In this document: in pieces, positions 56,044 through 64,000 of the stretch
How the letters are laid out: the number at the start of each line of letters is the position of its first letter
Numbering within the stretch: position 1 is the first letter of the stretch
Assembly: GCA_963850305.1 (NCBI GenBank)
Contig: CAWKKR010000001.1
Location: forward strand, 288,001 to 352,000
DNA from: an uncultured delta proteobacterium
GTDB taxonomy: Bacteria; Myxococcota_A; Polyangia; Polyangiales; Polyangiaceae
Direction: 5' to 3'
Length of the DNA: 64,000 bases
The notes under the pieces: generated by a model
What the model was told of the DNA's origin: nothing
Seen by the model: the letters and a program-made list of their open reading frames with translations, nothing else
Database searches by the model: none
Made by a program: the position numbers and the translations under genes

Positions 56044-57399
56044 ATGCCCCTACCTCCCGGACCCCCACTCCCCATGGCCGCGCAGACTGCGTGGTGGATC
56101 CGCCGCCCGATCCATCTGCTCGAATTTTGCCGGCGCCGTTACGGTCCCGCGTTCACCTTGAGTCTGCCGGGCATGCGCATCGTGTTCCTGAGCGAGCCCG
56201 ACGCGATCCGGACCGTGTTCAGCGCGAAGCCCGACGAGATGCACGCCGGCGAGGTGAACCGCATCCTCCGCGTGCTCGTCGGGGACGCGTCGGTGCTGCT
56301 CCTCGATGGGAGCGAACATCTCCGGCACCGGAAGCTCCTCATGCCGTCCTTCCACGGCGAGCGGATGCGTTACTACGGAGACACGATGGTCGAGATCACC
56401 CGGCGTTCGATGTCGACCTGGCCGGAGGGCACGCCTTTCTCACTCCACCCGTACACGCAGGGGATCACCCTCGATGTGATCCTGCAAACCGTGTTCGGCC
56501 TGGACGAGGGCGCGCGACTGGTCGAGCTTCGCCGCCAGATCCGGCGATTGCTCTCCGTCAGTGAAAATCGCCTCGCGACGGTCCTGATGTTCTACATCTC
56601 GGCACATCCGGATGCGGAGCAGCGCCTCCCCTGGAGGTTCCTGCTTCGAGACCGAAACCGCATGGACCGCTCGATCTACCGGCAGATCACCGAGCGGCGC
56701 GCCGGCCCGGGTCGAGATCGCAAGGACGTGCTGGCGATGCTGCTCCAGGCGCGCGACGAGCAAGGAGAAGGCATGACGGACGTCGAACTGCGCGACGAGC
56801 TCGTCACGGCGCTTGCCGCAGGTCACGAGACGACGGCGACCGCACTCGCGTGGGCGTTCGAACGACTCTTGCTTCATCCTCACGTTTACGAGCGCCTACG
56901 GGACGAAGTTCGTTCCACGTGCGACGGCACCACGCCGGACCCGGAACGCGTCGCGGCCCTGCCCTACCTCGACGCGACAATCAAGGAGATACTCCGGATG
57001 CGGCCGGTCGTGCCGGTCGTCGGCCGGGTGCTGAAGAGACCCTACTCGCTCGGCGGCCACGATCTCCCCGTGGGAACTTACGTCGCGCCGTGCATCTATC
57101 TCGCGCAGCGGAACCCCAAGACCTACGTCGCTCCGGACGAGTTTCGCCCGGAGCGCTTCGAGGGCGTCCCCCCGGACCCCAATTCATGGCTCCCGTTCGG
57201 TGGCGGCATGCGTCGCTGTATCGGAGCTGCCTTCGCTATCTACGAAATGAAGGTGGTGCTCTCCACGATCCTCGCCGGCGCGGACCTGTCCCTGTCGCAG
57301 CCCTCCCCCGTGCGCGTCGTACGCCGCGCGATCACCTTCTCGCCGGAGCACGGCACCCGAGTGACCCTGACGCGGCGTCGCGAACCAGCGCGCGCGTGA
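56044..57399 (+). CDS. Cytochrome P450
   Basis: LPPGP N-terminus, AGHETT, EILR (ExxR), FRPERF and FGGGMRRCIG heme motif. Confidence 0.95.
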   Translation: MPLPPGPPLPMAAQTAWWIRRPIHLLEFCRRRYGPAFTLSLPGMRIVFLSEPDAIRTVFSAKPDEMHAGEVNRILRVLVGDASVLLLDGSEHLRHRKLLMPSFHGERMRYYGDTMVEITRRSMSTWPEGTPFSLHPYTQGITLDVILQTVFGLDEGARLVELRRQIRRLLSVSENRLATVLMFYISAHPDAEQRLPWRFLLRDRNRMDRSIYRQITERRAGPGRDRKDVLAMLLQARDEQGEGMTDVELRDELVTALAAGHETTATALAWAFERLLLHPHVYERLRDEVRSTCDGTTPDPERVAALPYLDATIKEILRMRPVVPVVGRVLKRPYSLGGHDLPVGTYVAPCIYLAQRNPKTYVAPDEFRPERFEGVPPDPNSWLPFGGGMRRCIGAAFAIYEMKVVLSTILAGADLSLSQPSPVRVVRRAITFSPEHGTRVTLTRRREPARA

Positions 57400-57405
57400 G
57401 GCGGG

Positions 57406-58512
57406 TTACCTCCGGATGCTGATGCTCATCAGGAGCCCGAACCCGGCGAGAGTCGTGATGACGCTCGAGCCGCCGTAGGAGAAGAGCGGGAGCGTGATAC
57501 CGACGACGGGGAAGAGGCCGAGCGCCATGCCGACGTTGAAGAGGACCTGAAAGAAGAGCTTCGCGCCGATACCGATCGCGACGGCGGCGCCAAAGCGATC
57601 CTTCGCCTGCGAGGCGATGTTGATCGCCCAGATGCAGAGGAAACAATAGAGCCCGAGCAGCGCGACGCAGCCGATGAACCCCCAGTCTTCCGCGAAGACG
57701 GAGAACGAGAAGTCGGTGAACTGGTCTGGCAAGAACCCGAACTGGTTCTGCGTCCCCTCGCGAAAGCCCGCACCGAGAAGTCCGCCGTCCCCGATGGCCG
57801 TACGTGACTGGAACGCGTGCCAGCCCGAGGTCGTCTTGTTCGCGTCCGGGTGGAGAAAGCTCGTGATGCGGAGCTTCTGGTAATCCTTCATCCCGAACTG
57901 CCAGAGCCCGACCGAGCCGACGACGGTCGCGACGATTCCGGTCGCGACACTCGAGCGCTGGATCTTGGTGATCGAGAGCATCGCGGCGACCGTCAGCAGG
58001 TAGATGACCGACGTGCCGAGATCCGGCTGCGCCATGACGAGCCCGGTGGGTACCGCGGTGAGCAGAAGCGGCGGCGCGAGGTCGATGAGCGTGCGGGGCT
58101 CCGTCTTCGGATCGTCGGCGAGGTAGCGCGCGATGGCGAAGATCAGCAAGATCTTCATGAACTCGCTCGGCTGGAAGCCGAAGCTGCCAATCTGGATCCA
58201 GCGCGCCGAACCACGGATGTCGGAACCGAGGGCCCACACCATCAAGAGGGCGAGAACGCCGATACCGTAGAGCACGTACGCGAGTCGCTCGAAGAATCGA
58301 TAGTCGATCGCGGCGAGCAGGATCGCGAAGAGCCCGCCGACGACGAGCCAGTACACCTGCGACACGTACACGTCCGCGATGCCCTCGCGACCCGCGATGC
58401 CCATGTACGGGCTGGTCGCGCTGTAGAGGTTCACCACGCCTGCGATCGCGACGAACACCACTCCGAGGAAGAGCGGCCAGTCGAGCTTTTCGCGAGGCCC
58501 CGCCCCGAGCAT
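57406..58512 (-). CDS. rodA: Rod shape-determining SEDS glycosyltransferase
   Basis: GSARWI, FQPSEFMK, QPDLGT, TDFSFS and GITLPLFSYGGSS motifs; TGATG overlap with mrdA. Confidence 0.95.
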   Translation of the reverse strand: MLGAGPREKLDWPLFLGVVFVAIAGVVNLYSATSPYMGIAGREGIADVYVSQVYWLVVGGLFAILLAAIDYRFFERLAYVLYGIGVLALLMVWALGSDIRGSARWIQIGSFGFQPSEFMKILLIFAIARYLADDPKTEPRTLIDLAPPLLLTAVPTGLVMAQPDLGTSVIYLLTVAAMLSITKIQRSSVATGIVATVVGSVGLWQFGMKDYQKLRITSFLHPDANKTTSGWHAFQSRTAIGDGGLLGAGFREGTQNQFGFLPDQFTDFSFSVFAEDWGFIGCVALLGLYCFLCIWAINIASQAKDRFGAAVAIGIGAKLFFQVLFNVGMALGLFPVVGITLPLFSYGGSSVITTLAGFGLLMSISIRR

Positions 58513-60443
58513 CAGGGTCCACTCCGCGCGGGTGGCGGGACCTTGGCGGATGCCTCGCGGACCGCCAGGCGATCGGCCTTGAACTTCTGCCAGTCGCGGA
58601 CGACGCGCATCGCGACCGGAACGGCGTTGGCGCCACCGCCGCCGCCGTGCTCGATGATGACGACGATCGCGATCTCGGGCGACTCCGACGGCGCGTAACC
58701 CGCGAACCAGGCATGATCGCGATTGAAATACCACTCCCGCTCGGGATCGACGCCCTTCGGCGTCACGTGACTGACCTGCGCGGTCCCCGTCTTGCCCGCC
58801 ATGTCGACGTCGGGAAGCCGCTCGCGATTCGCCGTCCCCTTCTTCTCGAAGACCACGCCGCGGAGCGCTCGATGGATGAGATCGAGCTGGTCGTGGTCGA
58901 GGTCGATGATGCGGCGAACTCTAGGCGGAAATTCCTGCACGACGGTGCCGTCGCTCGTTTCGATGCTGCGGACGAGCTGCGGCTGGTAGAGGATGCCTCC
59001 GTTCGCCAGCGCCGCGTACGCCAGGGCGAGCTGGGTGACCGTCACGGTCGTGGCGCCCTGGCCGATCGCGGCGAGCAGCGTGAAGCCACCGCGGAACCCG
59101 CCCGGTTGGTGGCGCGAATACCACGCTTTCGTCGGCATGCGCCCCCGCGCTTCGGGATTGACGCCGATGCCCGTCTTCGTGCCGAAGCCGAAGGCGACAC
59201 CCATCTCGGCGAGCCGGTCGATGTGAATCTCGTCGCCGAGAGTATAGAAATACGTGTTACACGACTGCACGATCGCATCGTAGAGGTCCACGCTGTGGTG
59301 CACGCCCGTGCACCGGAAGAAACGACGGCCGAACTCGTAACCGCCGTGACAATCGACGCGAGTCTCCGGCGTGATGAGGTGATCGGCGAGACCGGCGAGC
59401 GCGCTGAAGGGCTTGTAGGTCGAACCGGGCGGGTACGCGGCGGACACCGTCTTGTCCAGCGTCGGTCTCAGCGGGTCGCTGTAGAGCTTCTTGAAGGCCT
59501 CTCGCACGGCGCTCGTCCCGCTCCCGCCGGAGACGACGTTCGAGTCGAAGCTCGGCTTCGACAGGGCCGCCAGTATTCGCCCCGTGCGCACGTCCACGAC
59601 GACGACGGAGCCCGCGAGCTGTCCCCGCATGGCGCGTTCGATGGACGCTTCGAGCTCGATGTCGACCGTAAGCGAGATATCGCGCCCGGGGATCGGCTCG
59701 ACCGTCGTCGGTTCGTCGAGGTAACGACTCTCCATCTCCTCGCGGCTGCCATGCGAGCGCTGCCAGTGGACGACCTTCTTCGTCCCCCGCTCGCCGCGGA
59801 GGTAGCTCTCCCAGCGACGTTCGATGCCGACCGCCCCGATCGTATCGCCCGATCGATATCCTTCGTCCTCCTCACGCGCGAGCGTATCGGGATCGATTTC
59901 CCGCATGTACCCGATGAGATGCGCGCCGAGAGAACCGAACGGGTAATACCGTACCGGGACGGGAACGACCTCGATCCCCGGTAACTCGGCCTCGTGAGTC
60001 TTGAGCGCCGCGACCACGTCGCGATCGACGTCGACCTTGAGCAGGATCTGCTGGGTCCGGCGGGTGCCGGGGTCCGCTTGAATGCCCGCGATGCGATCCT
60101 GGAGATCCTTCTTCTCCTGGTCATCGAGGTGCATGAGCTGCGCCGCCACGGGCCAGGTCGTTTTCAGGTCGATCGCCTCGGGAACGACGTAGACGTTGTA
60201 GGAAGGTCGATTCGCGGCGAGGACCTTGCCAAAGGCGTCGCGAATCACCCCGCGCGTCGTCGCGAGACGGATCTCACCGGTGATGTTCCGCCGAGCTTGC
60301 GCGCGGTGCTGGTCCGCCTCGAGAATCTGGAGTTCGACGAGCTTCGCGATGAGGGCCGAGAACGAAAGGAGCACGGCGAAGACCAGGTAGCGGTAGCGGC
60401 GCCGAAACTCGCCGATGTCCGAGCGCTGGACGAGGAAACTCAT
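58512..60443 (-). CDS. mrdA: Penicillin-binding protein 2
   Basis: RGVIRD, RYYP, YPPGSTYK (SxxK), SCN, AIGQG, GKTGTAQ and DHAWF motifs. Confidence 0.95.
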   Translation of the reverse strand: MSFLVQRSDIGEFRRRYRYLVFAVLLSFSALIAKLVELQILEADQHRAQARRNITGEIRLATTRGVIRDAFGKVLAANRPSYNVYVVPEAIDLKTTWPVAAQLMHLDDQEKKDLQDRIAGIQADPGTRRTQQILLKVDVDRDVVAALKTHEAELPGIEVVPVPVRYYPFGSLGAHLIGYMREIDPDTLAREEDEGYRSGDTIGAVGIERRWESYLRGERGTKKVVHWQRSHGSREEMESRYLDEPTTVEPIPGRDISLTVDIELEASIERAMRGQLAGSVVVVDVRTGRILAALSKPSFDSNVVSGGSGTSAVREAFKKLYSDPLRPTLDKTVSAAYPPGSTYKPFSALAGLADHLITPETRVDCHGGYEFGRRFFRCTGVHHSVDLYDAIVQSCNTYFYTLGDEIHIDRLAEMGVAFGFGTKTGIGVNPEARGRMPTKAWYSRHQPGGFRGGFTLLAAIGQGATTVTVTQLALAYAALANGGILYQPQLVRSIETSDGTVVQEFPPRVRRIIDLDHDQLDLIHRALRGVVFEKKGTANRERLPDVDMAGKTGTAQVSHVTPKGVDPEREWYFNRDHAWFAGYAPSESPEIAIVVIIEHGGGGGANAVPVAMRVVRDWQKFKADRLAVREASAKVPPPARSGP

Positions 60444-60964
60444 CGCGTCGCCTCGCCGCCGCGCGGGGCGGTGGCGGGATTCTGGTGGATGCGCTCCGCG
60501 ACGTAGAACACGAATGGAGCCAGGAGGGCGGTGGCCGTGGCCTGCGGAGCGACGATGGCCGCCAGCTCGACCGGGCGCTGGGGGTCCGCGCCGAAGATGA
60601 CGAGCAACACCAGGACGAAGACGCTCTGGACCAGGGAGAACCCGAGCGCGAGAGCGATCTGCGTCGGCACCGTCTGCGCGGTGAGGCGTACGCCGGCGAC
60701 CCGCGCCAGCCACCACAGCGCGACGTAGACGAAGGAGAAGAGCCCGATGGGCGCCGACGCAAAGAGGTCGATCGCGTGCCCGATGACGAACGCGAGGACG
60801 GCGCCGCGCGCCATCGACGGCTCGTGAACGCCGAGGAAAATCACGAGCGGTAGCACGGCGCTCGGAGTCCAGCCGAGCAACCCGAGCGGACCGACGATGC
60901 GGTGCACGTTTGCCTGAATCAAGATCAGAACCAGAGCAAAAATGAGAAGCGCCGCCGTTCGCAT
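60440..60964 (-). CDS. mreD: Rod shape-determining membrane protein
   Basis: 174-aa hydrophobic protein located between mreC and mrdA. Confidence 0.85.
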   Translation of the reverse strand: MRTAALLIFALVLILIQANVHRIVGPLGLLGWTPSAVLPLVIFLGVHEPSMARGAVLAFVIGHAIDLFASAPIGLFSFVYVALWWLARVAGVRLTAQTVPTQIALALGFSLVQSVFVLVLLVIFGADPQRPVELAAIVAPQATATALLAPFVFYVAERIHQNPATAPRGGEATR

Positions 60965-60968
60965 CTTC

Positions 60969-61835
60969 TCAATGCTTTGCCCGGCGTTCCGGCGTCTGCT
61001 GGCAATCCTTCGTGTCGGTCAGGACGATCAGCACGTCGTCGAGCCGGGAGAAGTCCACGGTCGGCACCGCATCCACCTGCTGATAGATGCCGAAGTCGCG
61101 CTTGACGACCTCGGTGACCTTCGCGACGGGAATGCCCTTGGGAAAGCGACAGCCGAAGCCGCTGGTGACGAGCACGTCCCCTTGCTCCACCTCGTCGGTA
61201 CGCTGCACGTATTCGACGCGAACGACGTACCGTGACAGATCGCCCACGCCACGAACGAAGCCCCGAGCACCCGTACGCTCCACGACCACGTCCACACCAA
61301 ACCCGCTATCCACGGAGAGCTGCACGTCCGCCCGATCGCCCGCGACCCGCTGGATCGTCCCGACCACGCCGTCGAGCGCGATCACGGGCAGGTTCGGGCG
61401 GATGTTCGGCGCGGACACGTCGAGGACGAGGTGTGCGACGCGGAAGTATTCCGTGATGTCCTTGCCGATCACGACGGCGCTCACGGTCTCCGCGTTCGCC
61501 GTCTCGCGGAGCCCGAGCAGACGACGCAATCGCCGGCTTTCGGCCTCCGCCGCGGACAGGCGCCGGACGTCTCCGCGAAGACGCGCGTTTTCGTACGCCA
61601 GCTTGTTGTTGTCCGCTTTCACGTCCACCAGATACACGTAGCCACTGAGGAGGTTCGAGGCGCCGCGAGCGATCGCGGAAACGAAGTATTCGACCGGCGC
61701 GGAAATACGCAAAAGCGCTCGGTCCACGGCGCTCAGATCCTCTGGATTCCGGATGCTGGCGCGCAGAAAAAAGAACGGCACCACGAGCAGCAGAGGAACC
61801 AGAACGATATCGCGATACCGCCGAAACCGATTCAC
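60969..61835 (-). CDS. mreC: Rod shape-determining protein
   Basis: TM, coiled coil (ENARLR, RLRRLLGL), GVVG and GDVLVTSG..FPKGIPV. Confidence 0.93.
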   Translation of the reverse strand: MNRFRRYRDIVLVPLLLVVPFFFLRASIRNPEDLSAVDRALLRISAPVEYFVSAIARGASNLLSGYVYLVDVKADNNKLAYENARLRGDVRRLSAAEAESRRLRRLLGLRETANAETVSAVVIGKDITEYFRVAHLVLDVSAPNIRPNLPVIALDGVVGTIQRVAGDRADVQLSVDSGFGVDVVVERTGARGFVRGVGDLSRYVVRVEYVQRTDEVEQGDVLVTSGFGCRFPKGIPVAKVTEVVKRDFGIYQQVDAVPTVDFSRLDDVLIVLTDTKDCQQTPERRAKH

Positions 61836-61896
61836 GGGCCCCTAGTACACCATGATTTCCCGAGCGAGCATGCCCAGATGACCGGCGAGCCCCTCG

Positions 61897-62937
<1,041 letters not shown>

Positions 62938-63129
62938 TCACCCTGGGCCCGGTAGGCGAAACGCTCTGGAGCGCCGACGAGACCTCCCGAACCGGAGGGC
63001 GGGGTCAGACCTAACACGGTCACGACGCGCCGTGCAATCGGCAGAATGCTACCCGGGCCGATAGCGACCCACGACGGGGCTAAATGCCCGACACAAGGCC
63101 GAAATATAGCTCGCACGAAGCCGGGCCGT

Positions 63130-63999
63130 TCACTCGTCGTCTTCGTCCCATGCGTCGCGCGCGCGCGGCCCACGAAGGCCTTCTCCGTCGCGGCGTGTTC
63201 GGCCGCGCTCCGGCCCTCGCGCGCCCTTCTTCTTTTTTCCGACGTCTTTCGGTCCACGCCGGCGGCCGTCGCCACGCGCGTCTTCCTCGGTCGGCGGTGG
63301 CGGCGGCGGCTCCATGGCGCCACCGTCCGGAGCCCAGCGAGGCTCTTCCCGAGGCGGTCGCGGCGTGAACCCTCCCCCGCCGCCTCCCATCGGAGGCCCG
63401 CTCGGCCGCGGCGGTCGCTCGCCGCGCGCGTGCGCGATGCTCGCCGACACGCGTCGCCCCTTGAGCTCCGCTTCGCGCAACGCATCGACGGCCGTTTGCG
63501 CCTCCGCGGCACTGCCCACGATGACGAAGCCGAAGCCGCGCGGACGCCCCTGAGGATCGAGCGGCAGATTCACGCGCACGACCGACGCCACACCAGCGCG
63601 CTCGAGCATCTGCTCCACCTCCATCACGGACGTGTCGTACGGCAGATTCCCCAGGTAGAGCGTGCGATCCTCCGCGCTGCCGCGGTGCTCGGCCGGTGCA
63701 TCGCCTCGGCCGGGAGGGCCGTCGGGGCGCTTCGGTGGCGCGGCCTGGAAGGGGCGCACGGAGATCGACCGGCCCGACTGCATCGAGCCGTCGAGCGATT
63801 CACGCGCGGTGCGCGCTTCCTCCTCGGATGAAAGCGTGACGAACCCGAAGCCGCGCGGACGCCCAGTCGCGCGATCGCGCGGCACACTGACGTCCACGAC
63901 GTTGGCGCCGGTTGCTTCGAAGAGCTGGCGCAATACCGACTCGGAGATCGAGTCTGGCAAGCCCGCTACGAAGAGCTTGCATCGTTCGTCGACCGCCAT
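63130..63999 (-). CDS. RNA-binding protein with two RRM domains and a Gly/Pro/Arg-rich tail
   Basis: RNP2/RNP1 pair occurs twice: LFVAGL + RGFGFVT, and LYLGNL + RGFGFVI. The start lies at the window edge. Confidence 0.9.
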   Translation of the reverse strand: MAVDERCKLFVAGLPDSISESVLRQLFEATGANVVDVSVPRDRATGRPRGFGFVTLSSEEEARTARESLDGSMQSGRSISVRPFQAAPPKRPDGPPGRGDAPAEHRGSAEDRTLYLGNLPYDTSVMEVEQMLERAGVASVVRVNLPLDPQGRPRGFGFVIVGSAAEAQTAVDALREAELKGRRVSASIAHARGERPPRPSGPPMGGGGGGFTPRPPREEPRWAPDGGAMEPPPPPPTEEDARGDGRRRGPKDVGKKKKGARGPERGRTRRDGEGLRGPRARDAWDEDDE

Positions 64000-64000
64000 G

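Overview
GC-rich bacterial window, almost certainly Myxococcota (Polyangiaceae/Sorangium-like, judged from AglRQS- and GltJ-like gliding proteins, a Cys-rich lipoprotein and many signalling genes). Core content: IscA-type Fe-S carrier, RpoH-like sigma factor, RNase P RNA (rnpB) with promoter and terminator, queA-tgt, a sigma54 two-component pair, 2-oxoacid:ferredoxin oxidoreductase, clpS-clpA-hisH-hisF, fabI, a SWIM-SNF2 helicase and mreB-mreC-mreD-mrdA-rodA. Most of the ethylmalonyl-CoA pathway is present (ccr, ecm, meaB, mcd, mch, plus an ScfR-family regulator). Two TolQ/ExbB + 2x ExbD proton-motor operons lie back-to-back (one is aglRQS-like), followed by a full-length membrane pyrophosphatase homologue whose catalytic motifs are eroded. 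An accessory block (about 46.7-57.4 kb) holds an indel-riddled RND efflux operon (probably read errors), small sigma54-driven genes, NmrA and a P450. It also holds the best candidate for an undescribed system: an uncharacterised helical protein gene bracketed by a perfect 15-bp hairpin and a 9-unit array of 42-bp repeats, each with two different palindromes centred exactly 21 bp apart. No integrase, transposase, cas gene, tRNA or rRNA was recognised. Several single-base frameshifts in otherwise intact genes suggest an imperfectly polished assembly. All family calls come from motif recognition by eye, not database searches.
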